The notes beneath the pieces are model-generated. The model searched no databases, was not told the origin of the DNA, and saw only the letters and a program-made list of their open reading frames with translations. From Microbacteriaceae bacterium (GTDB lineage Bacteria > Actinomycetota > Actinomycetes > Actinomycetales > Microbacteriaceae): a DNA stretch of 64,000 nucleotides. How positions within the stretch are numbered: position 1 is the first letter of the stretch; the number at the start of each line of letters is the position of its first letter. Both the position numbers and the translations under genes were made by a program. The stretch is taken from contig JAHBSP010000001.1 in assembly GCA_019639055.1 (NCBI GenBank), forward strand, positions 55,628 to 119,627. The letters are read 5' to 3'. This document shows, in pieces, positions 38,412 to 48,925 of the stretch.

Positions 38412-40046
38412 TTAGTGACCAGTATTTAGTTCTGGTTTGTGATCGTGACGTGCTGCATCAAGCTCTGATTGTGACACCGGTTCAATACGGTCTTCAAAAT
38501 AGAATCTTGAAAGTGCTGCACGAGTTCTTCTCCAAAAACCGATTTTACCTTTGGCATTCGGGCGAAGCATCCAAGGTTCGTAGTCACTGTGGTAACTAAG
38601 TAGCTTCCAGCGAAGCCCGTCATCGATAGGGTTGTGGACTTCCACATATTCCCCACCTTCAAGACGCACGATATAACCGCTCTCTGAACCGTGAAGAACT
38701 ATCTCACGGTCCTTCTTTTGAAGCGCCAAAGCGATACGCTTAGCGATTATAAAGGAGAACACAGGACCGACAAACAGTAGGATTTGCAGGAATATAGTTA
38801 CGCCTTCAAGGCTTAGATGGAAGTGTGTTGCAATCAAGTCCGAGCTCGCCGCAGCCCAGGCGACCGCATAGAACATAACTCCTGCGGCACCAATACCAGT
38901 GCGTGTAGCTGCCTTACGTGGACGATCTAGTAAGTGGTGTTCGCGTTTATCACCGGTAATCCAAGCCTCAATGAATGGATACAGCGCAACAAGACCTAGG
39001 AAAATACCTGCGACGATGTAAACCACTAGTAGGTTCATTGAAAATGTATAACCCCATAGAACAAATTCCCAATGGGAAGGCACTAATCGGAGGAAACCAT
39101 CTGTCCATCCCATATACCAGTCTGGCTGTGTACCAGCAGAAATGGGGGAGGGGTCATATGGTCCGTAGTTCCAAACCGGGTTGATCTGGAATATACCTCC
39201 AAGTAGGAATACAAACCCACTAACAATGAAGAAGAATCCACCTGCTTTTGCAGCGTAAACAGGCAAAATTGGCTGGCCAACAATATTCTTTTCAGTTTTT
39301 CCTGGTCCCGGGTATTGGGTGTGCTTGTGTAGGAACACGAGCACGAGGTGGATACCTATAAGTAACAGAATTACAGCAGGAACGACCAAAATATGGAGGG
39401 AGTAGAATCTTCCAACCAAATCATCCCCAGGGAATTCTCCACCGAAGAGTAGGTATGAAATCCAAACGCCTACAAATGGAAGTGCCTTGATAAATCCATC
39501 AATAATACGTAGACCGTTTCCGGAAAGCAGATCGTCAGGCAGTGAGTAACCAGTGAAACCAGCGACTAGGGCCAACACAAATAGCAAGAATCCGATAATC
39601 CAGTTGATTTCTCGTGGTTTACGGAAAGCACCGGTAAAGAATACTCGAAGAATGTGAAGTCCGATTGCAGCGTTGAAAAGCAATGCTGCCCAGTGGTGTA
39701 CCTGCCTGATCAGCAAGCCACCGCGAATATCAAATGAGATATCAAGCGTGGATGCCATGGCGGCACTCATTTCCATACCCTTAAGTGGTAGATAAGAGCC
39801 TTCATATTCAACATGAGCCATCGAAGGATCAAAGAATAGTGTTAGAAACACACCGGTAATCAAAATAGTGATGAAGCTAAATAGCGCAATTTCACCGAGC
39901 ATGAATGACCAGTGGTCAGGGAAAATCTTACGTCCGAATTCCTTTACCAAAACACCAATCTTGGTGCGATCATCGACGTAACTTGCAGCCGCTCTAGAAA
40001 AGCGATCAAGTTTTCCGCGCTCAGGTTCGACAGTGGTTTGACTCAT
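38412..40046 (-). CDS. qcrB: Cytochrome bc1 complex cytochrome b subunit
   Basis: 544 aa, polytopic, with the QVHHWAALLF haem-ligand region, in actinobacterial qcrCAB order. Confidence 0.95.
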   Translation of the reverse strand: MSQTTVEPERGKLDRFSRAAASYVDDRTKIGVLVKEFGRKIFPDHWSFMLGEIALFSFITILITGVFLTLFFDPSMAHVEYEGSYLPLKGMEMSAAMASTLDISFDIRGGLLIRQVHHWAALLFNAAIGLHILRVFFTGAFRKPREINWIIGFLLFVLALVAGFTGYSLPDDLLSGNGLRIIDGFIKALPFVGVWISYLLFGGEFPGDDLVGRFYSLHILVVPAVILLLIGIHLVLVFLHKHTQYPGPGKTEKNIVGQPILPVYAAKAGGFFFIVSGFVFLLGGIFQINPVWNYGPYDPSPISAGTQPDWYMGWTDGFLRLVPSHWEFVLWGYTFSMNLLVVYIVAGIFLGLVALYPFIEAWITGDKREHHLLDRPRKAATRTGIGAAGVMFYAVAWAAASSDLIATHFHLSLEGVTIFLQILLFVGPVFSFIIAKRIALALQKKDREIVLHGSESGYIVRLEGGEYVEVHNPIDDGLRWKLLSYHSDYEPWMLRPNAKGKIGFWRRTRAALSRFYFEDRIEPVSQSELDAARHDHKPELNTGH

Positions 40047-41080
40047 CGTTCACGCTCCCAGAAAGAAGGACCAACAGGTTCTAAGAAGTCGCTTTGAGCT
40101 ACTAAGTAACCCTCGCTATCGATAGCAATTGGTAATTGCGGTAACGGACGAGCTGCAGGTCCGAAAATCACCTTGCAGTGTTCGGTCACATCAAAAGTTG
40201 ATTGGTGACATGGGCAAAGTAAGTGGTGTGTCTGCTGTTCATAAAGAGCCACGGGGCAACCAACGTGGGTGCAAACTTTAGAGTATGCAACAATCCCGTC
40301 ATAGCTCCACCCCTTCCGCTCTGGAAGCTCTTTGAGGTCTTCTGGCTTCAAACGCATAAGCAATACGATTGCTTTAGCCTTCTCATTTAGCATTTCTGCG
40401 CCATGAAGTTTGTTCAAGCTTTGAGGAATAACGTGGAATGCGCTACCAAGTGTGACATCTGAAGCTTTTATTGGAGTACCGCTAGGGTCACGCGCTAATC
40501 TCTCACCCTGTTTCCACATTGTTTGCTTCAGAAGCACATTTGGGTCATCTGCAGGAGCCAAATCTCTAAGCATTACCACTGCCGGTAGCGGAGATAGTGC
40601 TAAGGCGCCGATTAGTGAGTTGCGAATTAGCTTCCGTCTAGTAAATCCAGACTCAACATTCCCCAGATGCATGTATTCGGCAGCGATTTCTCTGGTTTCT
40701 TCATCAGAGCTAGTTGGATGACGTTCATCAACTAACTCTGTATCAACCATTAGATGTTTTGCCCAGTAAGCCGCCCCCAAGCCAATGGATAGCAGGGCCA
40801 GACCTACAGCTACACCTAAGAGAGTGGTAGATAAGCGCACCGTGCCTAGATCACCGTGTTTGATTGGCCAAACAAAGTAAGCAACAGTTGCAAAAATACT
40901 CATGATCATGGAAATCCAGAACCATGTAGCTACCACGCGAGAGGCATGACGCTCCTTGCTAGGGTGAATGTCTGTAACCCTAGTGTGGTGCGGAGGTAAA
41001 CCAGGATCCTTAATAGGATCTGCAGGAATTAAAGCACTACCGTGATCGGCAGATTCGGGGTTTTCTAGTTCTTTAGCCAA
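40043..41080 (-). CDS. qcrA: Cytochrome bc1 Rieske iron-sulfur subunit
   Basis: Contains CTHVGCPV and CPCHQSTF. Confidence 0.9.
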   Translation of the reverse strand: MAKELENPESADHGSALIPADPIKDPGLPPHHTRVTDIHPSKERHASRVVATWFWISMIMSIFATVAYFVWPIKHGDLGTVRLSTTLLGVAVGLALLSIGLGAAYWAKHLMVDTELVDERHPTSSDEETREIAAEYMHLGNVESGFTRRKLIRNSLIGALALSPLPAVVMLRDLAPADDPNVLLKQTMWKQGERLARDPSGTPIKASDVTLGSAFHVIPQSLNKLHGAEMLNEKAKAIVLLMRLKPEDLKELPERKGWSYDGIVAYSKVCTHVGCPVALYEQQTHHLLCPCHQSTFDVTEHCKVIFGPAARPLPQLPIAIDSEGYLVAQSDFLEPVGPSFWERER

Positions 41081-41089
41081 TTATTACTC

Positions 41090-41884
41090 CTAGTTAGCCC
41101 TTGAAGTCATCCAGACTACAATGCCTAGAATTCCACCAAGGCCGAAAATCCATACAAAAAGACCTTCAGAAACTGGTCCCAAGCTTCCAAGTGTGAACCC
41201 GCCTGGACCAGCGTTTGCTTCCATGTACTTCAGGTAAGTAATGATGTCGCGCTTGTCGTCAGGGGAGATGTTCATATCGTTGAAAACAGGCATATTTTGT
41301 GGGCCAGTAATCATTGCTTCGTAAATGTGCACTGGAGCCACTCCATCTAGGGCTGGCGCAAACTTGCCCCCGGTAAGAGCTCCACCGGCACCAGCAACGT
41401 TGTGACACATTGCACAGTTAATGCGGAATAGCTCGCCACCATTTGCCGCTTCCCCGTTAGCATCCAAGTATTTATCGGAGGGGATTGCAGGTCCTGGAGA
41501 GATTGATGCTACATAAGCTGCTAGTGAAAGAATCTGTTCTTCAGTGAATACCACTGGTTTTACAGGGGCTTGGGGTGCACTGTTAGCCATAGGCATACGT
41601 CCAGTTCCAACCTGGAAATGCACAGAGGCGGCTCCAACACCAATTAAGCTTGGACCTGCATTAGTTCCTGCTAGATCTAAGCCGTGGCAAGTTGCACAGT
41701 TAGCTACGAATAGGTTCTTACCTTCTTCTATCTGTGCTGCTGAATATGTTGAGGTATCGGCGTCTGCGCTAGTGCTGTTGAATACTGCGTAAACCCCTCC
41801 GGTAAGTAGCAGTCCAAATACGACAAGTGCTACAGAAGCTAGGCCGCTACGTCTTGCTTGTTTCTTTTTTCTCAATGTTGACAT
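41090..41884 (-). CDS. qcrC: Dihaem cytochrome c subunit of bc1
   Basis: Two CxxCH motifs (CATCHG, CAMCHN) and a C-terminal TM anchor. Confidence 0.9.
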   Translation of the reverse strand: MSTLRKKKQARRSGLASVALVVFGLLLTGGVYAVFNSTSADADTSTYSAAQIEEGKNLFVANCATCHGLDLAGTNAGPSLIGVGAASVHFQVGTGRMPMANSAPQAPVKPVVFTEEQILSLAAYVASISPGPAIPSDKYLDANGEAANGGELFRINCAMCHNVAGAGGALTGGKFAPALDGVAPVHIYEAMITGPQNMPVFNDMNISPDDKRDIITYLKYMEANAGPGGFTLGSLGPVSEGLFVWIFGLGGILGIVVWMTSRAN

Positions 41885-41888
41885 CTCG

Positions 41889-42526
41889 CTATCTCATCCA
41901 GTAAATGGCGAAGTAAAGCCCGATCCAAACTACGTCAACAAAGTGCCAGTAGTAGGAGACAACAATTGCGGTAGTTGCTTCTTTATGACTTGGAACTTTT
42001 GTGGCGTAGATACGACCAACAACAAATAGCATTGCAATGATTCCACCGATTACGTGAAGTCCATGGAAACCAGTGGTTAGAAAGAATACAGATGCCCATG
42101 GATCTGAACTGAAAGTGATTCCTTCCGAAACCAAAACAGCGTATTCATATGTTTGGCCAGCGATAAAGAGAATTCCGAGGAGAACAGAGAGCATGTACCA
42201 TTCTGCGGCTCCCCAGTTCTTCGGGTTAAGCCCGTATCCGCGCAGTTTAATTGGATCTTCTTCTGCTTTGAAGACTGCCATTTGAGCTATATAACTGATG
42301 ATGCTTCAACCAGAATTACTGTAATGATTGTCGCCCAAGTGACATTAAGCAAACTTTGACCGTGTGCAAAATGCTCAGATGCAGTTGCTCTTAAGGTAAA
42401 CAGTATTGCAAACAGCCCCGCGAAGAACATAACTTCGCTACCAAGCCAGACGATTGTCCCTGCTTGCGTAGTATCGGGGCGCCTAATCCCGGCAAAACGA
42501 TTCGAAGGAGAAATTGTTGAACTCAC
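41889..42526 (-). pseudogene. ctaE: Cytochrome c oxidase subunit III, split by a frameshift at about 42288-42293
   Basis: ORF 42287..42685 carries the N-terminal part (GTIVWLGSEVMFFAGLF..LVEASSVI*). ORF 41889..42281 carries the C-terminal part (MAVFKAEE..GFHGLHV..VVSYYWHFVDVVW). The frames differ by 2 nt. The N-terminal start is GTG 42526 or ATG 42565. Confidence 0.85.
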
Positions 42527-42592
42527 GTATCTATTATGTCTGATTACGCGAAGCTTAAAGTTCATTAGCACGCGGTTTATTAGGATTGGACT

Positions 42593-43648
42593 ATGAGTTA
42601 TGAGAATTCCTGGTCTGAAATCTTGACAAATCTTATAAATAAGCGAGATTTGGGTATCGGTCAATCTGAATGGGCTATGGAACAAATACTTGATGCGACA
42701 GCCACTAGTTCACAAATTGGAGCTTTCCTTGCTTTGTTGCGAGCCAAAGGTGAAACAGCGGATGAACTGATCGGCTTCAGAGACGCGGTACTTCAAAAAG
42801 CTGGAAAACTTGAAATTCATGATCGTACCCTTGACATTGTTGGTACCGGCGGTGACAACCATAGAACAGTGAACATTTCCACTACTGCATCAATAATTCT
42901 GGCTGCAGCAGGCATCCCTGTGGTTAAGCACGGTAATAAGGCGGCTACTTCTAAGAGTGGCGCTAGTGATGTTTTGGTTGCACTCGGTGTGAAAATTGAT
43001 AATTCGCCAGAGAAAGTAGCTAAAGATTTTGAATCGTTGAACTTAGCTTTTGCTTATGCACCTGTTTATCATCAGAGTTTCAAGAATGTAGCGCCAATTA
43101 GAGGCGAATTAGGAATACCTACGGTATTTAACCTTCTTGGTCCGCTTTGCAATCCTGCTCGTAGTCAAGCAAATGCCATCGGTGTTGCTGATATGGAAAA
43201 AGTTCCTGCAATTGCAGGTGTATTCAGAACTAGGGGTGCTACTGCTTTAGTTTTTAGAGGCGAAGATGGCCTTGATGAACTTACAACAACTGGACATTCA
43301 AAAATTTGGGAAATCAGTCGTGGAGATATGACAATACACGATATTGATCCACTCGAATTTGATATTCCAAGAGCAAGGCTTAGCGATCTTGAGGGGGGAA
43401 CTCCGGAAGAGAATGCCAAAATCACCCTAAATATCCTGAATGGAGAGAAAGGACCAATTCGAGACATTATCCTTTTGAACGCTGCTGCTGGGATGATTGC
43501 TTTCAAACTAAGTGAAGATCCCGCTGAACTTAATTTGGACATTCGTTCACGTTTTGAAAACGCTATCGCTGAACTTGCGGATGTTATAGATTCTGGTCTT
43601 GCAGCTAAGAAGCTGACTGCATGGATTGAGCAAAGCAACTCTTTGTAA
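42593..43648 (+). CDS. trpD: Anthranilate phosphoribosyltransferase
   Basis: Contains DIVGTGGD, NISTTASIILAAAG and KHGNKA. Its divergent position next to ctaE is conserved. Confidence 0.95.
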   Translation: MSYENSWSEILTNLINKRDLGIGQSEWAMEQILDATATSSQIGAFLALLRAKGETADELIGFRDAVLQKAGKLEIHDRTLDIVGTGGDNHRTVNISTTASIILAAAGIPVVKHGNKAATSKSGASDVLVALGVKIDNSPEKVAKDFESLNLAFAYAPVYHQSFKNVAPIRGELGIPTVFNLLGPLCNPARSQANAIGVADMEKVPAIAGVFRTRGATALVFRGEDGLDELTTTGHSKIWEISRGDMTIHDIDPLEFDIPRARLSDLEGGTPEENAKITLNILNGEKGPIRDIILLNAAAGMIAFKLSEDPAELNLDIRSRFENAIAELADVIDSGLAAKKLTAWIEQSNSL

Positions 43649-43666
43649 CACTGATTAGAATTCGCG

Positions 43667-45163
43667 TTACACCCATTCCAATGATTTTTCGATTGCTTTT
43701 GCCCATTCTTGGAACTTACTTTCTCTATCTCTGGAATTAATTTTCGACTTCCAGCGCCTATTTTCAGCCCAGTGTGACTTCAATTCTTCGGGGGATTTCC
43801 ATACCCCAGCTTGTAAGCCGGCGGCATAGGCTGCTCCTAATGCTGTTGTTTCAGTGACTAAAGGTCGAATGACTTCGACGTCAAGAAAATCGGCTTGAAT
43901 TTGCATGAGTAGATCGTTTTCGGAGGCTCCGCCATCTACTTTCAACTGTTCAAGGCTAAAACCCGAATCCTTTTTGAAGGCATTGACGATATCCGCTGTT
44001 TGCAGTGCAATTGCCTCAAGAGCAGCGCGTGCAATATGAGCTTTGTTTATAAAACGAGTTAACCCCACCATAATTCCACGGGCATCTGGGCGCCAGTATG
44101 GTGCAAATAATCCTGAAAAGGCAGGAACAATATACATTCCTCCGGTATCGGGTACAGATTCAGCTAATTGTTCTATTTCCTGGGAACTATCGATAATTTG
44201 CAGATTATCTCTTAGCCATTGCACCAGAGATCCACTAACTGCAACAGAGCCCTCCAAAGCGTAGACGGGAGATTCGCCTGAAAGTTGGTATGCAATAGTT
44301 GTTATGAGTCCATTTTCAGAATGCACGATTTCATTACCAGTATTGAAAAGAATGAAATTTCCGGTGCCGTATGTGCATTTTGTTTCACCTGGCGAAAATG
44401 CTGTTTGTCCAAATAGTGCCGCGTGCTGATCGCCTAAAATTCCGGTAATTGCTATTCCATCAATAGATATCCCCGCATTTACTGAACCAAAATTACTACT
44501 CGATGCTTGAACTAGGGGGAGTAGGGACTCAGGTATCGCGAATTTTTGCATCATCTGGGTATCCCATTCCAGGGTTTGAATGTTGAAAAGCAGGGTTCTG
44601 CTGGCATTCGTAATATCAGTTTTATGTAAACCGCTGTTTATGCCACCAGTCAAATTCCAGAGGAGCCAGGAGTCAATTGTGCCAAGTAATAAATTCTCTT
44701 CTGAAAAGTCAGGGGTGCCTTCAAAGGCATTATCGAGAATCCACTTTGCCTTACTGGCTGAAAAATAAGTCGCTAGCGGGAGTCCAGTAATTGACTGTGA
44801 CAATTCAGAAAATTCAGAATCTGAAATTTCATTTATATATTCCTGAGTCCTGGTGTCCTGCCAGACGATAGCGTTATATATCGGGTTACCTGTGGTTTTA
44901 TCCCAAATAACTGTGGTTTCACGCTGGTTCGTAATGCCGATTGCAGAAATTTTGCTTGCTTGTATTTGGGCATCAGCAATTGCCCCCGCTATGACTTTTT
45001 TAGTGTTTTCCCATATTTCTAATGGGTCATGCTCGACCCAGCCAGGTTTAGGAAAGATCTGTTCATGTTCCAGCTGATTCTGTCCACGAATATTTGCATC
45101 CTTATCAAAAACAATTGCTCGTGTACTTGTTGTGCCCTGATCAATCGCTAGTAAAAAAGTCAT
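43667..45163 (-). CDS. glpK: Glycerol kinase
   Basis: Contains AIDQGTTSTRAIVFD, GITNQRETTV and FGTIDSWL-like motifs. 498 aa. Confidence 0.95.
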   Translation of the reverse strand: MTFLLAIDQGTTSTRAIVFDKDANIRGQNQLEHEQIFPKPGWVEHDPLEIWENTKKVIAGAIADAQIQASKISAIGITNQRETTVIWDKTTGNPIYNAIVWQDTRTQEYINEISDSEFSELSQSITGLPLATYFSASKAKWILDNAFEGTPDFSEENLLLGTIDSWLLWNLTGGINSGLHKTDITNASRTLLFNIQTLEWDTQMMQKFAIPESLLPLVQASSSNFGSVNAGISIDGIAITGILGDQHAALFGQTAFSPGETKCTYGTGNFILFNTGNEIVHSENGLITTIAYQLSGESPVYALEGSVAVSGSLVQWLRDNLQIIDSSQEIEQLAESVPDTGGMYIVPAFSGLFAPYWRPDARGIMVGLTRFINKAHIARAALEAIALQTADIVNAFKKDSGFSLEQLKVDGGASENDLLMQIQADFLDVEVIRPLVTETTALGAAYAAGLQAGVWKSPEELKSHWAENRRWKSKINSRDRESKFQEWAKAIEKSLEWV

Positions 45164-45184
45164 AGGGGGAGAGGGCTTCTATGT

Positions 45185-45955
45185 TTATGCTGCTAAAACT
45201 GAGGTAACAATTGTTGCGAAAAGTCCCGCAAGCACACCGCCAATGATTGGGCCAATAACAGGCACTAAAGCGTAACCCCAGTCGCTAGATCCCTTGCCCT
45301 TTATTGGCAAAATTGCATGGGCAATCCTTGGAGCTAGATCACGAGCAGGGTTGATAGCAAAACCGGTTGGGCCACCTACACCTGTTGCAATTGCAACAAA
45401 TAGCATTGCCAGCATTAGCGGGCCAGTGAATGAATCACCGTTGCCTACCCAGAACAGAACACCGATGACTAGCAAGAATGTTGCTACAGCTTCGGTTACT
45501 GTGTTCCAAAACGTATTTCTAATCTGTGGGCCAGTTGAAAAAGTTGCCAAAATCGTCGAGCTGTCTGAGGTCGCGTCATAATGCTGTTTATAAGTTACAT
45601 AAACCAAGAGAGCAGCTACGAATGCTCCTAAGAATTGACCTGATATTTGTAATAAAACAATTCCGAAATCGACAGTCAAGCCCGAAGAAAGGGAGTTCGC
45701 GGCTAATCCAAGTGTTACCGCAGGGTTCAAGTGTGCGCCAACTGACCACGCTACTGCAGCACCTGCGAAAATTGCTCCTGCCCATCCCAGAGCAATAACA
45801 AGCCATCCGCTGTCATTTCCTTTGGTTTTCTTAAGGAGCACGTTTGCTATAGCTCCGTTACCAATAAGAACCAATAGCCCTGTACCGAGTGCTTCTAGGA
45901 GAAATACGTTCATGATTATCATCCAACCTGTGTAGTTTTGGTGAAGATTGCTCAC
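45185..45955 (-). CDS. glpF: Aquaglyceroporin (MIP family)
   Basis: Two NPA boxes (NPAVT, NPARD). The start may be an internal ATG (45922 or 45913). Confidence 0.9.
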   Translation of the reverse strand: MSNLHQNYTGWMIIMNVFLLEALGTGLLVLIGNGAIANVLLKKTKGNDSGWLVIALGWAGAIFAGAAVAWSVGAHLNPAVTLGLAANSLSSGLTVDFGIVLLQISGQFLGAFVAALLVYVTYKQHYDATSDSSTILATFSTGPQIRNTFWNTVTEAVATFLLVIGVLFWVGNGDSFTGPLMLAMLFVAIATGVGGPTGFAINPARDLAPRIAHAILPIKGKGSSDWGYALVPVIGPIIGGVLAGLFATIVTSVLAA

Positions 45956-46070
45956 CGTTGATTTATCTCTTAGAAATCTATCAAGTGCATTAGCGATTGG
46001 GTAGTAGTTGGCCGATGAGCCATATAAATCATAATTAGATATTTACATAACATACATTATCGGCAATTGT

Positions 46071-46571
46071 TTATTCTGGGAGAATAAGACGCTCAGAATT
46101 ATTTATCCTCACCGCAGGAAGCTTCCCGCTAACAATTCCGGTGATTAAATCAGGTAAGAATGAAACTTGTAAGGATTCTGATGTGTTTTCTAGATCGTCG
46201 ATATTCCACCAGCGTTCATCCAGTGTTGATTCAAGTTCGATTGGCGTCCAGTTTGTTTTGGATGTTTCAAAACGATTTACACGAAAACCGTAAAACGTTC
46301 TTCTGCTAACAGAATCACGTGAATATCCAGCAGTTCTCAGAAATTTAACTTCGTCCTCGTATATGGGCGGCGGTACTTCTTTGACTAAAAGACCGGTTTC
46401 TTCCCAAAGTTCTCTAGCAATTGTCTCTGCCGGAGATTCTCCGTATTCGATACCGCCTCCAGGAGTTATCCATGAAGGTTGACGTTTAGAATTCAATAAC
46501 TTGAATTTAAACATCAAAATGGTGTTCTCTTGATCAACCAGTAAAGCTCTGGCCATGTTTCTACGTTTCAT
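46071..46571 (-). CDS. NUDIX hydrolase
   Basis: Nudix box GGGIEYGESPAETIARELWEETGL. Confidence 0.85.
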   Translation of the reverse strand: MKRRNMARALLVDQENTILMFKFKLLNSKRQPSWITPGGGIEYGESPAETIARELWEETGLLVKEVPPPIYEDEVKFLRTAGYSRDSVSRRTFYGFRVNRFETSKTNWTPIELESTLDERWWNIDDLENTSESLQVSFLPDLITGIVSGKLPAVRINNSERLILPE

Positions 46572-46649
46572 ACTGCGTCATATCTCATGTCTCAGCTGTT
46601 AACCGCTTACTAAATAATTACATAATAATATTATCAACGACAACTTTGA

Positions 46650-47411
46650 TTATTTGAGAAAACTGGAAACATCTCCAATCAGGCGGACGTTATCTGCTGG
46701 TGCCTCTTCAACAACTGCCTTTGCTACTTCGGCAGCAAACTCAGCAACGTTGTAGAGCTTTCCAGCATCCACTCTCCTGCTCTCAATAGCGCCAGGATTC
46801 GCTCTTTCGAGGAGCGTTGCAGTAATTGTTCCTTCGATCATGTCACCGGAGACTACAACCACATCAATTCCCTTTTCTTTTAATTCAGGGATGCGTGCAA
46901 GCAAGGCGTCTTCCCCTGCGCGCTTAGAAAGTGCAACAGGAACGTACTCTGGCATCGTTTCTACTTCACGAATGAAATGTGCCTGGTGGCTCGTGACAAA
47001 AACTATGCGGGAACCTGCAGGCATTAGCGGAAGAAGCGCATCTATTGTGTTCATTTGCGCATCCCTGTTCAATTTCAGCGCATAATCTTCGCCCATGTCT
47101 CTTTCCATGCCACCGCTGGCATTCAAAACCAGGATGTCGAGTTTGCCGTAGGCAGAATCTATTGCTTCTCTAAGAGCTGATAATGAATCAGCAACAGTGA
47201 GATCTGCACCAACAGTTATTGCCTTACCGCCAGATTCGTTGATTTCAGTTGCTAGCTTTTCAGCACGTGGCGCTTTGCTCCGGTAATTAATTACTACTTC
47301 GGCTCCGGCAGAGGCTAAATATTTAACAGTATCGGCACCAATTCCTCTTGAAGATCCGGTAACTAAAGCTGATTTACCTGAAAGTGAATTAGTGGGTAAT
47401 GGACTACTCAT
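46650..47411 (-). CDS. SDR-family oxidoreductase
   Basis: Contains TGSSRGIG and NASGG, with a Rossmann pattern. Confidence 0.85.
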   Translation of the reverse strand: MSSPLPTNSLSGKSALVTGSSRGIGADTVKYLASAGAEVVINYRSKAPRAEKLATEINESGGKAITVGADLTVADSLSALREAIDSAYGKLDILVLNASGGMERDMGEDYALKLNRDAQMNTIDALLPLMPAGSRIVFVTSHQAHFIREVETMPEYVPVALSKRAGEDALLARIPELKEKGIDVVVVSGDMIEGTITATLLERANPGAIESRRVDAGKLYNVAEFAAEVAKAVVEEAPADNVRLIGDVSSFLK

Positions 47412-47544
47412 TACAAACCTTTCCTGTTTTCTTTATCTTAGAAAGAATACAGAGAAATCTTAGTCCTTTGAATGTGGCGCGACACTGGTAGTCTAAAACT
47501 GTGTCGGAAACCGACACAAATTCATCAGTAATCGACTTTGTTAG

Positions 47545-47997
47545 GTGCACGAAATGCCGATTGAACAAATCGCCTGGTTAATATGGCTGGTCCTAATTCT
47601 GCTGTTGCTCGTAATTGAGATGAACAGTTTGGATTTTACATTCTTGATGCTTAGCCTCGGTACAGCTGGAGGTTTGATTGCTGGCCTTTCAGGTCTACCT
47701 TTCTGGGCCCAAGTAATCATTGCAGCAACTCTCTCTGTATTGCTGCTTTTCTTAGTAAAACCACCGCTTTTGGCTGCGCTTAGAAAAAATGCTGATCCTC
47801 ATAAAACTAATGTTGAGGCACTGACCGGAAAGAGCGGTATAACGCTTTCAGAAGTTACAAATTTAGGTGGCCAGATTCGTCTAGAAAATGGTGAAACCTG
47901 GAGTGCTAAAACCAATGGAAAATCTATTGCTACTGGAGTAGAGATAAAAATTGAGAAGATTGATGGCGCATTCGCTGTCGTTAGCAAGGAGAACTAA
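47545..47997 (+). CDS. NfeD-family membrane protein
   Basis: Three N-terminal TM helices and a C-terminal OB-like GGQIRLENGETWSAK..GVEIKIEKIDG. Precedes and abuts the SPFH gene. Confidence 0.75.
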   Translation: MHEMPIEQIAWLIWLVLILLLLVIEMNSLDFTFLMLSLGTAGGLIAGLSGLPFWAQVIIAATLSVLLLFLVKPPLLAALRKNADPHKTNVEALTGKSGITLSEVTNLGGQIRLENGETWSAKTNGKSIATGVEIKIEKIDGAFAVVSKEN

Positions 47998-48893
47998 TGT
48001 TTGATGATCCAGAAATCGGCAGAATTGTAGGATTGCTGGTTGTTGCAGTAATCGTCATTTTTGTATTGACTGTGCTGTTCAGAGCAATCAGAATCGTGCC
48101 TCAAGGGGCAAATGGAATAGTTGAGAGGCTGGGACGATACCACAAGACTCTCACCCCTGGCCTACATATCCTGGTTCCGCTTATCGACCACATGCGTCCA
48201 CTAATCGATATGCGCGAACAGGTTGTTTCTTTCCCACCACAGCCGGTAATTACTGAAGACAACTTGGTAGTTTCCATTGACACTGTTGTTTATTTCCAGG
48301 TTACGGATCCTCGGGATGCTACCTATGAAATCACCAACTATCTGGCTGCTGTAGAGCAGTTGACAACCACAACACTTCGAAACGTGGTTGGTGGTCTGAA
48401 CATGGAAGAAGCACTAACCAGCCGTGACAATATCAACGGTCAATTACGAGTCGTCCTAGACGAAGCAACTGGCAAATGGGGTATTCGCGTAAGTCGTGTG
48501 GAGCTAAAGGCCATTGACCCTCCACACTCAATTCAGGACGCTATGGAAAAGCAGATGCGCGCTGAACGTGATCGACGCGCAGCAATTCTTACCGCAGAGG
48601 GAGATAAGCAGTCAGAGATCCTACGTGCAGAAGGTGAAAAGCAGGCAGCAATTTTACGTGCTGACGGTGAAGCTCAAGCTGCAATTCTTAAAGCAAATGG
48701 TGAATCCAAAGCTATTGCTACTGTTTTCAACGCAATTCATGAAGGTAAACCAAATGCCGAACTTCTCGCCTACCAGTACTTGCTAACACTGCCAAAGATT
48801 GCTGATGGTGAATCAAGCAAACTTTGGGTAATTCCTGCAGAACTGACGGAAGCGCTCAAAGGTTTGGGCGGAGCATTTAAAGGCATAAAGTAA
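47997..48893 (+). CDS. SPFH/band-7 (stomatin-like) protein
   Basis: N-terminal TM helix and an SPFH core (IVERLGRYHKTLTPGLH..TEDNLVVSIDTVVYFQV). C-terminal AAILxAxGxxQ repeats. Confidence 0.9.
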   Translation: MFDDPEIGRIVGLLVVAVIVIFVLTVLFRAIRIVPQGANGIVERLGRYHKTLTPGLHILVPLIDHMRPLIDMREQVVSFPPQPVITEDNLVVSIDTVVYFQVTDPRDATYEITNYLAAVEQLTTTTLRNVVGGLNMEEALTSRDNINGQLRVVLDEATGKWGIRVSRVELKAIDPPHSIQDAMEKQMRAERDRRAAILTAEGDKQSEILRAEGEKQAAILRADGEAQAAILKANGESKAIATVFNAIHEGKPNAELLAYQYLLTLPKIADGESSKLWVIPAELTEALKGLGGAFKGIK

Positions 48894-48925
48894 ATCATTT
48901 TTACAACACGAATACGGAGCGGTAG

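Noticed and set aside
47500-47518. An 8-bp hairpin (TGTGTCGG-AAA-CCGACACA) upstream of nfeD might be a terminator or riboswitch element.
   Set aside because: It has no U-tract, no flanking conserved-looking structure and no upstream co-directional gene to terminate. It is too small to interpret.
48580-48730. Repetitive DNA and protein periodicity in the SPFH gene (AAILxAxGxxQ, three copies).
   Set aside because: This is the normal C-terminal coiled-coil repeat of stomatin/HflK-like proteins, not an independent repeat element.
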